This document shows, piece by piece, positions 31,263 to 41,322 of a stretch of 64,000 nt of DNA. Made by a program: the position numbers and the translations under genes. The notes beneath the pieces were generated by a model, which searched no databases, was not told the origin of the DNA, and worked only from the letters and a program-made list of their open reading frames with translations. Positions within the stretch are counted from its first letter, which is position 1; each line of letters begins with the position of its first letter. The stretch comes from Candidatus Cloacimonadales bacterium (lineage in GTDB: Bacteria; Cloacimonadota; Cloacimonadia; Cloacimonadales; JAIOQZ01): positions 1,408,001 through 1,472,000 of the forward strand of contig OY771587.1 in the NCBI GenBank assembly GCA_963674825.1, given 5' to 3'.

Positions 31263-32065
31263 TCGAACCTGACCTCAACGATGATGCGATTGTTGTTTCC
31301 GGCCTCAATATCGACAAAATGAATTTTCGCCGAATAGGCCTCCTTACTCAAACGCTTGTATAACACTCTCGCAACCGGACGTCGGAAATAGCCAAGCTGC
31401 TTGCCGTTCTCAAGATAGACACCCACCGCAAAATCATCGTAGTCATTAAACGATTCCAGGATCAGATTTACTCTCTGCCCTTCTTGCAGGTTGCGCATCA
31501 GCTCTGAATTGATATGATACTTATCTCCTACAACGCGCGGATAGAAAAACTTACTGCTCTTTAACCATTTTTTGAAGCTGGTTGAAGATACCTTGCGATC
31601 TGTCCCAATGGTCAATTCCTCCAGAATCCCCTTTAGCTTGACATCGATATGCTTGTAGTTTGATTCGTGCCAGTTTTCGTAGATCATGGAGAACACATAG
31701 CGATAGAATGCCTCGGGATCGGACTGATAAAACCACCCGGCATCATAGACGGATGGAAGCGAATCGAGATACTTCTCCCACACAGCATAGCAACTCTTAT
31801 GGTCCAGAACGAGGATCTTCGCGAAGTTCAGTATCCTGTCCGTAGGAATCACATGACCGGCCTTTTTACCGAGCCGCCAGGTCTTGATCTCGATCGGGAC
31901 ATCAAAGATGTTGAAGAGTACTGTGCGAGAATCCTTTTTCGCGATCAGCTCGCGCAGTTCTTTGGAATCTTCCATATGAATGAATTGTTTACCAGGCAGC
32001 AGACCCCAGAAGTAGTTCTTATCGTTGACCGTCAGCTGCGCCACTTCAATCAATGTTATCAGCAT
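31259..32065 (-). CDS. HIRAN domain-containing protein
   Basis: C-terminal RVVGDKY...LQEGQRVNLILESFNDYDDFAVGVY...LGYFRR. GGAGG RBS; N-terminus not recognised. Confidence 0.72.
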   Translation of the reverse strand: MLITLIEVAQLTVNDKNYFWGLLPGKQFIHMEDSKELRELIAKKDSRTVLFNIFDVPIEIKTWRLGKKAGHVIPTDRILNFAKILVLDHKSCYAVWEKYLDSLPSVYDAGWFYQSDPEAFYRYVFSMIYENWHESNYKHIDVKLKGILEELTIGTDRKVSSTSFKKWLKSSKFFYPRVVGDKYHINSELMRNLQEGQRVNLILESFNDYDDFAVGVYLENGKQLGYFRRPVARVLYKRLSKEAYSAKIHFVDIEAGNNNRIIVEVRFD

Positions 32066-32258
32066 AACGCCTCCATTCTTGAATAAAGGAAGATAATCAC
32101 CACGTTACCATGTCAAGTATATTTTGACCTTGATAAGATTTACCCTGAACCCACGAATAATGAAAATCATGCTTGGGCTGTTTGTGCTGCGACATGCACC
32201 GAAAATAAATTGACACATCGACTTGACGAACGATAAATGTCGGCGGAGTAATTTGAAT

Positions 32259-32834
32259 ATGAACATCATTACACAAAAAACGGGTTGGATTGAAATTATC
32301 TGCGGAGGAATGTTCAGCGGCAAGTCCGAAGAGCTTATCCGCAGGGTACGTCGAACCCAGTACGCCCGGCAAAAAGTCCAAGTCTTCAAGCCGTCACTGG
32401 ATAACCGTTACGCAGACGAATACGTGGTTTCGCATAGCCAGATGAAACTGCCGTCGGAACTCGTTACGGACACCGCCGAGATTCGCAGTCTGCTTCAGGA
32501 CGATTCGCAGGTGATCGCGATCGACGAGGTACAGTTCTTCGATGAAGACGTTATCAAGCTGGTAGCCGAACTCGCCGATCATGGGAAGCGGGTTATTTTG
32601 GCTGGTTTGGATATGGATTATCGCGGCAAGCCATTTGGCCCGATGCCGCATTTGCTGGCGATAGCCGATTATGTAACCAAGCTTCAGGCAATCTGCGTCA
32701 AGTGCGGGAATCCCGCCGGTAGAACGCAGCGCTTGAGCCATGATAAAGAGCAGATAGTGGTTGGTGCTGATAATATCTACGAAGCACGCTGCCGCAACTG
32801 CCATGAGGTATGGGATGATAGCGGGGATCGTTGA
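32259..32834 (+). CDS. tdk: Thymidine kinase
   Basis: [43 protein letters not shown]. Confidence 0.96.
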   Translation: MNIITQKTGWIEIICGGMFSGKSEELIRRVRRTQYARQKVQVFKPSLDNRYADEYVVSHSQMKLPSELVTDTAEIRSLLQDDSQVIAIDEVQFFDEDVIKLVAELADHGKRVILAGLDMDYRGKPFGPMPHLLAIADYVTKLQAICVKCGNPAGRTQRLSHDKEQIVVGADNIYEARCRNCHEVWDDSGDR

Positions 32835-33078
32835 CAGAATCCTATTTCTGTATGAGGTTGTCATTATCGCGAGAGCGTTGATCTCGTGGTTTTCGCCAAA
32901 CCCGAACAACCAGCTCTATCGGTTTCTGATCAGAATAACCGAGCCCATTATGCGTCCGATACGCGAGACGCTATTTCGGCTCATTCCAAATATTGGTATC
33001 GACTTCTCGCCACTGGTGATCATTCTGATTATCCAGTTTCTGCGTAACATGCTGTTCAGCGGAGTCGTTCGATTTTAA
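32815..33078 (+). CDS. yggT: YggT family membrane protein
   Basis: RALISWF.PNPNN...[10 protein letters not shown]...IDFSPLV. Confidence 0.9.
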   Translation: MIAGIVDRILFLYEVVIIARALISWFSPNPNNQLYRFLIRITEPIMRPIRETLFRLIPNIGIDFSPLVIILIIQFLRNMLFSGVVRF

Positions 33079-33098
33079 CAATGCCTTTGGGAGGTAGT

Positions 33099-33740
33099 AT
33101 GGAAAAACTGGAGTTAACCCCTGTGGATATCCGACACAAGGAATTTCCCACCGGACTTGCCGGCTACAAGAAGGAAGAAGTCCGCGAATTTCTGGAGATC
33201 GTTTCTGCACAAATGGAAGACCTTATGGCACAGGCTTCCCGAGTCGAGAGGAGAGCGCCTGAGGTACAGGAAGAGCCGCGTCCGACACCCATGCCAACTC
33301 CTGCTCCCAAGCCGCAGCCCATCCTTGAAGAGAAACCAAGAGCTACGGAAGACCTCATCAGCCGCACTTTGATCATCGCCGAGCAAACCAAGACCGAGAT
33401 CATCGCCGCTGCCAAGAAAGACGCAGAGCGCATTCTGCGCAACGCGGAGCTTGAAGCGAAGAAGACGATCGAGGAAGCACACCGCTACCTGGAAGTGCTC
33501 GATCGCAAGTACAAAGAAATCAAGGTCGAGAAGAAAGAATTCCTTTCGCAGTACAAAGCGGAGCTGGAAGACATTCTCGATAAAATCACCAAGAGCACCG
33601 TCCTGAACAAGGAAATGGAAGACGAAATGGATCAGCATTTCGAACGAGCCAAAAAGGTGCGCTATACCCCAGAAACAGAGAAGAAAGATGAACAACAAAA
33701 TACAGGAATCAATCCAATATCTCAAGACGAAAGTTCGTAG
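33099..33740 (+). CDS. divIVA: DivIVA domain protein
   Basis: LTPVDIRHKEF...GYKKEEVREFL, then coiled coil; typical yggT-divIVA order. Confidence 0.85.
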   Translation: MEKLELTPVDIRHKEFPTGLAGYKKEEVREFLEIVSAQMEDLMAQASRVERRAPEVQEEPRPTPMPTPAPKPQPILEEKPRATEDLISRTLIIAEQTKTEIIAAAKKDAERILRNAELEAKKTIEEAHRYLEVLDRKYKEIKVEKKEFLSQYKAELEDILDKITKSTVLNKEMEDEMDQHFERAKKVRYTPETEKKDEQQNTGINPISQDESS

Positions 33741-34503
33741 TAATCCGGTACTCGCTGTAATCCTCGGAACTGGCCTGAACGATTTAGCCGATTCAGGAGC
33801 CATTATCGCCGATATCCCGTACGGGAATATCCCTGGTTTCGCGCGATCCACAGCACCCTCGCATAAGGGCAGAATGGTCTTCACCAGTATCGAAGGCAAA
33901 GATGTCCTGTTCATGCAGGGGCGGCTGCATTACTACGAAGGCTATCCGATGACGCAGATAACCTATCCCATCCGCGTTCTGCAAGCGCTGGGTGTACAGA
34001 ATCTGATCATCACAAACGCAGCGGGAAGTCTGAACGAAACGATGAGCCCCGGCTCGATCGTTCTGCTCAGCGACCACATCAACATGATGGGAACCAACCC
34101 ATTGATTGGCTCACCGGAACAGATCCCCGGAGAGCGGTTCCCGAGCCTGCACGAACCCTATAACCTTGAAATGATAGAAACCGCGAAAACGATCGCGGAA
34201 AAGAATAAAATTAAAGTCCATCAGGGAGTTTATGCTGCGATGAGCGGCCCAAGCCTGGAGACGGCAGCCGAATGCAGGATGCTGTCACGCCTTGGCGCTG
34301 ACCTGGTCGGAATGTCCACCGTACCCGAGGTTATCGTCGGCGTACAGTGCGGCCTGAAGATCATGGGGATCTCTATCGTAACCAACTACGGCAATATCTT
34401 CCATGCCAAATCGCACTCGCAGGAAGAAATTCGTCAGCATGCCGCTGAGGCTGCCGACAACCTGAAGACCCTGATAAAGGGTATGATTTCCCAAATGGAT
34501 TGA
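33688..34503 (+). CDS. punA: Purine-nucleoside phosphorylase (trimeric type)
   Basis: ILGTGL, IPGF..STAPSHKG, QGRLHYYEG, TNAAG, GPSLET.AE, GADLVGMSTVPE. Confidence 0.92.
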   Translation: MNNKIQESIQYLKTKVRSNPVLAVILGTGLNDLADSGAIIADIPYGNIPGFARSTAPSHKGRMVFTSIEGKDVLFMQGRLHYYEGYPMTQITYPIRVLQALGVQNLIITNAAGSLNETMSPGSIVLLSDHINMMGTNPLIGSPEQIPGERFPSLHEPYNLEMIETAKTIAEKNKIKVHQGVYAAMSGPSLETAAECRMLSRLGADLVGMSTVPEVIVGVQCGLKIMGISIVTNYGNIFHAKSHSQEEIRQHAAEAADNLKTLIKGMISQMD

Positions 34504-34515
34504 GAAAGGAATGTC

Positions 34516-34911
34516 ATGGCGGCTAAAAGTCTGAGTAACGAGAAGCTGAAAGAATACGAAGAGATTTTGCATCAGGAAAAGGAAGAGACACTCCGTATTA
34601 TCGGAGAAATCAACGACAAGCAGAAACGGGGAATCAAAGACGGATCCGGCGATTCATCATCTTTTGCCTACCATCAGGCAGACCAGGGAACCGATACAGG
34701 CCAGTACGAGAAAGAGACATATCTGCTCGAAAAAGAGCAGGAAAAGCTCAAAAACATCAATCAGGCCCTCAAGCGCATCTATGAGCGCACATACGGTATC
34801 TGCGAGATCTGCGGCTGCGAGATTCCTCCAGCTCGGCTCAAGATTATCCCCTGGGCCAAGAGCTGTATCGAATGTAAATCCAAAGAAGAAAAGAGAAAGA
34901 ACGGAAGATGA
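34516..34911 (+). CDS. TraR/DksA C4-type zinc finger protein
   Basis: HQADQGTD coiled-coil tip, YGICEICG.EIP.ARL..IPWA..CIEC. Confidence 0.9.
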   Translation: MAAKSLSNEKLKEYEEILHQEKEETLRIIGEINDKQKRGIKDGSGDSSSFAYHQADQGTDTGQYEKETYLLEKEQEKLKNINQALKRIYERTYGICEICGCEIPPARLKIIPWAKSCIECKSKEEKRKNGR

Positions 34912-35405
34912 AGCTCTGGGCCTACTTCGTAATTACCGGTCTGGTGGTTTTCTGGGATCAACTCAGCAAGATCATCGTCCGATCCACCATGCAGCTATAT
35001 CAGACCATACCGGTTCTGGGGAATTACTTCCGTCTGCGCTATGTAACCAATACCGGCGCAGCGTTCAGCATGTCCACCGGTTCACTCCTGGTTGACCGCT
35101 GGATTCTGACGGGCGTTGGAATCGTTGCGGTGGGATTGATTGTGTACCTGCTGATCAAGCAGGAGCAGGTGATTCCAAAAGTCTGCCTGGCAATGATCCT
35201 TGGCGGCGCGATCGGCAACTTGATCGACCGTATTATTTTCGGTAAGGTGACGGATTTTCTGGACAGCGATTTCCCCGATTTCATTATGGAACGGTGGCCG
35301 GTGTTCAACGTGGCCGATAGCTCGATCGTGATAGCGATATGTATGTATATGATATATATCTTGTTTTTGGAAAAAAAGATTATGACCCGTTCCGGGGAGG
35401 AGTAA
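34908..35405 (+). CDS. lspA: Lipoprotein signal peptidase II
   Basis: DQLSK, NTGAAFS, GGAIGNLIDR, VTDF, WPVFNVADS. Confidence 0.95.
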   Translation: MKLWAYFVITGLVVFWDQLSKIIVRSTMQLYQTIPVLGNYFRLRYVTNTGAAFSMSTGSLLVDRWILTGVGIVAVGLIVYLLIKQEQVIPKVCLAMILGGAIGNLIDRIIFGKVTDFLDSDFPDFIMERWPVFNVADSSIVIAICMYMIYILFLEKKIMTRSGEE

Positions 35406-37342
35406 TGAAGAAAATATTGATGACGTTGCTGATCGTAGTGCCGCTGATGATGCTGGCACAGGAGATCACGACGATCGCCGAAATTCAGGAAAACATAAGT
35501 GACTATAACGGCGAAGAAGTGACCATCGAAGCTGTGGTCACAATCGGTGCCGGGAAAACTTACGATACGCGCCTGCAAGCATACGTTCAGGATGAGTCCG
35601 GCAAGGGACTTCAGGTATTCGATTACGATATCACCAATGCCTATGAACGTGACTTCGTACGCGGAAACAGACTTCAGATCACCGGTACTGTCGAAGAATA
35701 TAATGGTTCAACCGAAATCACCGATTTCAGCTACGACGTTATCTCGACAGGAAATCTGATGCCGATTACCGACCTGACCCGGGATGAGCTGGATAACTTC
35801 AGCCTCTGGGAAGGTACCATGACCTGGTTCTACGGCCTGGTTACAGATTCCTACAGCGCTGGCGGCGGCTTGAATGTCACGCTCGAAGGTACTGACGGAT
35901 ATGAGATGGTTTTACGTCTCTGGGATTCTTGCGATGTCGATCCTGATATCGCGATAGGTAACTGGATCATTGGCAAAGGCGTGCTGAGCTCATACAACAA
36001 CGCAGCGCAGTTGCTTCCGGCCTACTACGAAGATTTCACGCCGTTCACCACCATCATTTCACCGGAAACAATCTTCGCTGAAGACGACATCACGGTGAAG
36101 CTTCATGTGGATTGGCCTGAAACCATCACATCCATCCAGCTTCGCTACGCGCTTCAGAGTGATTTGCAATTTCATCCGCTGACGATGACTCCGATCGAAG
36201 GTGCAAACCGCGCTTTCCAGGGAACTGTACCGCCGCTCAATTCGCTGAGCGAACAATCCGATAACTACGTATTTGTGTATGTCGGGATGAACGCTGCGGG
36301 TACCGCTGTCATGCAGAGCGAAATGATGCCGATCACGGTCTATACCGGTGTTCCGTTCATCAACGATTTCGAATTCTATTCGGATTACACCGAAAGCTAT
36401 AGTTTCATCGACTATCCCTTCAACGACGAACCGATCACAGTCCGCGTAAATGTCGTGGATGATCTCGGCGAAATCGATGAAGTCTATCTTATGTTCGGTC
36501 TTAAAAGCGATTCCAGTCTCGAACACACCCTTGTACTGGATTCCGACGACAACGACTGGTATGAAGGCGAACTGCCTCCTGTTACCGACTATACCGAACA
36601 GATCGAAGACTACGTCTTCCAGATCTTTGCCCGGGACGATGACGAAAACCTGGTTAACTCCGAGGAAATCGAAATTGTCATCGCTCCCAGAGCACCGATC
36701 TTGTATGACATGGAATTCCTGAATATCCCCGAGCCGGGTGAAGACCTCGAATTCGGCGCGAATATATGGGATACGGACGGAACGCTGGATCAGATTTTCA
36801 TCGAGTACCAGCTCGACTACGACTCCAAGACTCATACCGCTGAGCTTGTTCGCGATACCACCTATACCGATTCGACCCGCTACTACGGTGTTATCCCGGG
36901 AAAATCCTCGGGAACAACCGTATTCGCACGGGCCGTCGCGTACGACATAAGCGGCTACTCGACCTGGGATTACCCGGGCTACGAGGAAATGCTGGTGGAA
37001 TACACATACCCAGTCACTTCGCACAAAGCGATCCTCAAGATTCCGCCCACACCGTTCAACCCATACGCGGGTGAGACCATCCCCATCGACTTCTACTCGA
37101 AGCAGGGCGACAAAGCTCTCCTTCGCATCTACAGCTCGTCTGGAAGACTGGTTCACACAGCGAAAAATTTCATCATCACCGACGAAGATGGTATCAACCG
37201 CTATGAATGGGACGGCAAGAACCGCGCCCGTAACATACTGCCGCTCGGTCTTTACATCGTGCATCTTGAAGTTACCGAAACCGACACCGGCAACAAGAAA
37301 ACCGCGAAAGCGCCCATCATTATCGGCGCACCGCTCAAATAG
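35405..37342 (+). CDS. Secreted acidic protein with tandem OB-fold-like domains, Ig-like repeats and a variant FlgD/T9SS-type CTD
   Basis: Signal peptide; TTIAEIQ...VTIEAVVT, YVQDESG, G.V.EYNG.TEI; C-terminal PTPFNPYAGE...IYSSSGRLV...WDG...GLYIVHL. Confidence 0.75.
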   Translation: MKKILMTLLIVVPLMMLAQEITTIAEIQENISDYNGEEVTIEAVVTIGAGKTYDTRLQAYVQDESGKGLQVFDYDITNAYERDFVRGNRLQITGTVEEYNGSTEITDFSYDVISTGNLMPITDLTRDELDNFSLWEGTMTWFYGLVTDSYSAGGGLNVTLEGTDGYEMVLRLWDSCDVDPDIAIGNWIIGKGVLSSYNNAAQLLPAYYEDFTPFTTIISPETIFAEDDITVKLHVDWPETITSIQLRYALQSDLQFHPLTMTPIEGANRAFQGTVPPLNSLSEQSDNYVFVYVGMNAAGTAVMQSEMMPITVYTGVPFINDFEFYSDYTESYSFIDYPFNDEPITVRVNVVDDLGEIDEVYLMFGLKSDSSLEHTLVLDSDDNDWYEGELPPVTDYTEQIEDYVFQIFARDDDENLVNSEEIEIVIAPRAPILYDMEFLNIPEPGEDLEFGANIWDTDGTLDQIFIEYQLDYDSKTHTAELVRDTTYTDSTRYYGVIPGKSSGTTVFARAVAYDISGYSTWDYPGYEEMLVEYTYPVTSHKAILKIPPTPFNPYAGETIPIDFYSKQGDKALLRIYSSSGRLVHTAKNFIITDEDGINRYEWDGKNRARNILPLGLYIVHLEVTETDTGNKKTAKAPIIIGAPLK

Positions 37343-37351
37343 GGGTTCGAC

Positions 37352-38224
37352 ATGAGAATCAGGAATGTCATTGGAATCATTGCCATCATCATCACGATTA
37401 TCCCGGGGCTTCACGGTATCTTCGACGAATACGAACCCTCGGCAAGAGCACGCGCTATGGGCGGAACCTACTGTGCCATCTCAGATGACGCAGATGCGAT
37501 CTTTTATAATCCTGCCGGGCTGATGCTTGGTACCAACCAGGTAAAAGCCGGTTACACGAAGATCTTCAGCAACGATTTCCAAGTGCTGACCGTCTTCGAC
37601 GCATCCTACGACCTCCCGAAGTCTTTCGGCCGCATAGGATTCGGATATACGGGCCTGGACGTTGACTACGAAGGTGAGACCCTCATGAGCGAAAAGACCT
37701 TCATGCTGGGCCATTCATTCGCACTCGTTGAAGATATCCACTCGCAGCTCTACATCGGCTACACTGCGAACCTGTACAACATCGCCATCGACCGTTTCAG
37801 CAACCGCTCTGCGTTCGGCATCAACCTGGGCGCAACCGCCGTTCTGCACACCAGAACCCGGCTGGCGTTTGCCGTTACAAACATCAACAACCCGCGCGTT
37901 GGCGAGGACGACGACTATGAACTGCCGTCTGAAATGACGCTCGGTATCGCTTATATTCCCTACACCGGCGTGACCACCACGCTGGATGTGAAAAAGACAT
38001 TCAACACGCCATCCGATACCGGCGAGAGCACAACTGAGATCCATGCCGGCGTCGAAGCAAAGCTCTTCGACATTCTCTCCATCCGCATGGGTGTTCAGGA
38101 CGACCCCACCATGTATAGCGCGGGTGTAGGCATCGAAGTGCATAACGTGCTGGTCGAATACGCCTACCAGACACATAGCGTGCTGGATGATACACACCAC
38201 GTGGGTATCGGTTTCAAGTTCTAA
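37352..38224 (+). CDS. PorV/PorQ/PorP-like outer-membrane beta-barrel
   Basis: Signal peptide, SARARAMGG...A..DDADAIFYNPAGL, amphipathic strands, terminal GIGFKF beta-signal. Confidence 0.78.
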   Translation: MRIRNVIGIIAIIITIIPGLHGIFDEYEPSARARAMGGTYCAISDDADAIFYNPAGLMLGTNQVKAGYTKIFSNDFQVLTVFDASYDLPKSFGRIGFGYTGLDVDYEGETLMSEKTFMLGHSFALVEDIHSQLYIGYTANLYNIAIDRFSNRSAFGINLGATAVLHTRTRLAFAVTNINNPRVGEDDDYELPSEMTLGIAYIPYTGVTTTLDVKKTFNTPSDTGESTTEIHAGVEAKLFDILSIRMGVQDDPTMYSAGVGIEVHNVLVEYAYQTHSVLDDTHHVGIGFKF

Positions 38225-38244
38225 CCAACAAGTGAGGTCATTCT

Positions 38245-38547
38245 ATGAGAAAGAAGGATAAGAAGAACGTTGTACCGGCAGCCAACGCCTGGGTAGCTCA
38301 GATCGTAAGCATGATCTTCGATCTGGTCAAACATGTGATCAAAGATTTTGAGATGAATCGCAACCTGAAAAAAGCGACCGGCGTTGCCGAGCAGTTCTCC
38401 ACCGTCGAACATCTCATCCTCAAACTCGAGACCAAAGTCAGCGACAATCGAAAAGCACTTGACGACCTCAAAAACCGCCTGCTCTGGAGCAACATCATCA
38501 TCATTGCGCTGCTGGTGACCATCGTTATACAGGTCATTGCCAAATAG
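38245..38547 (+). CDS. Hypothetical coiled-coil protein with C-terminal TM anchor
   Basis: 100 aa, GAGG RBS, co-oriented in the gene run, hydrophobic C-terminus. Confidence 0.7.
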   Translation: MRKKDKKNVVPAANAWVAQIVSMIFDLVKHVIKDFEMNRNLKKATGVAEQFSTVEHLILKLETKVSDNRKALDDLKNRLLWSNIIIIALLVTIVIQVIAK

Positions 38548-38569
38548 CGCAACCATAGAACAAACTTCG

Positions 38570-38602
38570 GGCGGTTCCACAATGAGGAATCGCCTTTTTT
38601 TT
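38570..38602 (+). terminator. Intrinsic terminator-like hairpin immediately before polA
   Basis: GGCGGTTCC-ACAATGA-GGAATCGCC (one G-U pair) followed by T8. Confidence 0.65.
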
Positions 38603-38614
38603 CAGGGAGCCACC

Positions 38615-41314
38615 ATGAAGCCAAAACTGATCCTGATCGACGGGACCGCCATCATCTACCGAACATATTACGCGTTCATCAACCGTCCGCTCATCAACAG
38701 CAAGGGACTTAACACGAGCGCTATATTCGGCACCGTCAACACCTTCTTCAAGCTGCTCGAGACCTTCGAAACCGACAACATCGCCATCTCTTTCGACCTC
38801 AAAGAAAAGACTTTCCGGCACGAACTGGACGTAAACTACAAGGCGAACCGTCCCGAAATGCCTGACGACCTCGTGCAGCAGATCCAGCCAATTCGCGAAT
38901 TCTTCGACACCGTTGGTCTGACCACCTGTACCAAGGTCGGATTCGAAGCGGACGACGTGATCGCGACCATCGCCGAGAAATGCCGTGATGAATTCGAAAT
39001 CGTGCTGGTCACCGGCGATAAGGACTACGCGCAGCTTGTGGACGACACTATCGAGATGTACGATCCCTTCAAGAACGAGACACAGCGACGTGAAGAGATC
39101 GTGGAGAAGTACGGCGTAACGCCGGAGCAGTTCGTTGATTATCTGGCGCTGGTCGGCGATACGGCGGACAACATTCCAGGCGTAAAGGGAATCGGCAAGA
39201 AAGGCGCAGCCAAGTTGCTGAACGATTTCGGCACTCTCGAGAACATCTATGAGCAGATCGATCAGGTTACTCCCAATGGAACCAAGGCAAAGCTGGAAGA
39301 AAATCGCGACAATGCCTTCCTCTCGCAGAAGCTGGCTCGTATGGTTCGCGATGTGGATATCGAAATCGATCCGAAGAAACTAACCTTTCGTCGCAGCGAT
39401 ATCGATAAGGCGATCCCATTTTTCCAGGAATTCGAGCTGAAATCGATTCTGAAGAAGGTTTCCGGGCAGCAGGAACTTGATCTATTCGGCGAAGAACCGG
39501 AACAGAAGCAGGAAGGTGGCGTGACGTTCGAACCGATCCTGATCGACACCCCCGAAAAGTTCCAAGACCTACTGAAACAGATTCCAGCCGACGATTTTAT
39601 GGCGATCGATACCGAGACAACCAGCACCGATCCCTTGATGGCGGATCTGGTGGGGATATCCCTTTGCTGGCAAGATGACAAGGCCTACTATCTCCCCGTA
39701 GCGCACAGTATGTCCGACAACCTCGATTTCGACGAGACCGTTTCCAGCCTGAAAAAAGCACTTAACGGATGCCGCCTGATCGGCCATAACATCAAGTACG
39801 ATATGCATGTGCTGAAACGCGCCGGTTGGAAGATGGAGAATATTCACTTCGACACGATGGTCGCGGCGTACGTGCTCGATCCGGGAGAGATGCGTAACAG
39901 CCTCGATGCCTGTTCACAGCGAGAACTCGGACACGAAATGATCCCCATCAGCGACCTCATCGGAACCGGCAAGAATCAGGAAACCTTCGATATGACGGAC
40001 ACCAAAGCCGCCTGTCGCTACGCCGCGGAAGACGCTTATGTCACGCTACGGTTATTCCAGATTTACCGCAAACGCCTGGCGGATATGGGCCTCGACAAGC
40101 TCTTCTTCGACATCGAGATGCCGCTGATCAAAGTGCTCCATGACATGGAAGAAAATGGCGTGTTTATCGACACCGCAATTCTGGATGAAATATCGAAGAA
40201 GACGCAGCAGCGCATCACCGAGTTGCAGAAGGATATATTCGATGTGGCGGGTAAACCGTTCAACATCAACTCCACCAAGCAGCTTGCGGAGGTGCTTTTC
40301 GACGAGATGGGTATCAAGCCGGTCAAGAAGACCAAAACCGGCTTCTCCACAGACAACAGCGTGCTCGAAGAGCTCGCGAAAGAGCACGATATCGCACGGA
40401 CGTTGATCGAATACCGGCAACTCACCAAACTCGAGAGTACCTACACCACCGCGCTACCGAAGATGATCAATCCGCGCACCGGGCGCATCCATTCCAGCTT
40501 CAATCAGACCGTCGCCTCCACCGGCAGGCTTTCCAGCAGCAATCCCAACCTGCAAAACATCCCCAGCCGTACCGATCTCGGCAGAGAAATCCGCAAAGCA
40601 TTCATTCCTGAAAAGAAAGGCAATGTCATCCTCGCTGGTGACTACTCGCAGATCGAGCTACGTCTGGCAGCCATTATGTCAGGTGACGAAAGCCTCATCA
40701 ACGCTTTCCGCAATCAAGAAGATATCCACCGTCAGACGGCGGCGATCATCTTCGAGAAAGATCCCGGGGAAGTCACCTCAGACGACCGGAAGCACGCCAA
40801 AGTGATCAACTTCGGTATCCTTTACGGTATGGGCGCAACGCGGCTCTCGGGTGAACTGAACCTCTCCCGTAAAGACGCGCAGGATTTCATCGATAACTAT
40901 TTTGCCAAGTTCCCCACCATCAAAGCGTTCATCGACGAGCAGATCAAGAAAGCACGCGACAAGGGATATGCGGAGACCATGCTTGGTCGACGACTCCAGC
41001 TTCCGGGACTGCGGAGCTCCAACCAGCGTATCCGAAGCGAAGCCGAGCGCGTCGCCATCAACATGCCCATCCAGGGCAGTGCTGCCGACATCATCAAGAT
41101 CGCCATGATCGAAATCCATCGAAAATTATCCGAATATCCCATGATCATACAGGTTCACGACGAGTTGGTCTTTGAGATCGAGAAAGACAAGGTCGAAGAA
41201 GCGACGAAACAGATCAGAGAACTGATGGAAAACGCACTACCGAAAGCTTTTAAGGGAATCGTGCCGCTGCTGGTCGATTTCAGCTCGGGCGAGAACTGGC
41301 TGGAAGCGCATTAG
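38615..41314 (+). CDS. polA: DNA polymerase I
   Basis: LILIDG, YKANR, EADD, GDTADNIPGV, DTETT, TGRLSSSNPNLQNIP, DYSQIELR, K.INFGILYG, QVHDELVFE. Confidence 0.98.
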   Translation: MKPKLILIDGTAIIYRTYYAFINRPLINSKGLNTSAIFGTVNTFFKLLETFETDNIAISFDLKEKTFRHELDVNYKANRPEMPDDLVQQIQPIREFFDTVGLTTCTKVGFEADDVIATIAEKCRDEFEIVLVTGDKDYAQLVDDTIEMYDPFKNETQRREEIVEKYGVTPEQFVDYLALVGDTADNIPGVKGIGKKGAAKLLNDFGTLENIYEQIDQVTPNGTKAKLEENRDNAFLSQKLARMVRDVDIEIDPKKLTFRRSDIDKAIPFFQEFELKSILKKVSGQQELDLFGEEPEQKQEGGVTFEPILIDTPEKFQDLLKQIPADDFMAIDTETTSTDPLMADLVGISLCWQDDKAYYLPVAHSMSDNLDFDETVSSLKKALNGCRLIGHNIKYDMHVLKRAGWKMENIHFDTMVAAYVLDPGEMRNSLDACSQRELGHEMIPISDLIGTGKNQETFDMTDTKAACRYAAEDAYVTLRLFQIYRKRLADMGLDKLFFDIEMPLIKVLHDMEENGVFIDTAILDEISKKTQQRITELQKDIFDVAGKPFNINSTKQLAEVLFDEMGIKPVKKTKTGFSTDNSVLEELAKEHDIARTLIEYRQLTKLESTYTTALPKMINPRTGRIHSSFNQTVASTGRLSSSNPNLQNIPSRTDLGREIRKAFIPEKKGNVILAGDYSQIELRLAAIMSGDESLINAFRNQEDIHRQTAAIIFEKDPGEVTSDDRKHAKVINFGILYGMGATRLSGELNLSRKDAQDFIDNYFAKFPTIKAFIDEQIKKARDKGYAETMLGRRLQLPGLRSSNQRIRSEAERVAINMPIQGSAADIIKIAMIEIHRKLSEYPMIIQVHDELVFEIEKDKVEEATKQIRELMENALPKAFKGIVPLLVDFSSGENWLEAH

Positions 41315-41322
41315 GAGGAATC

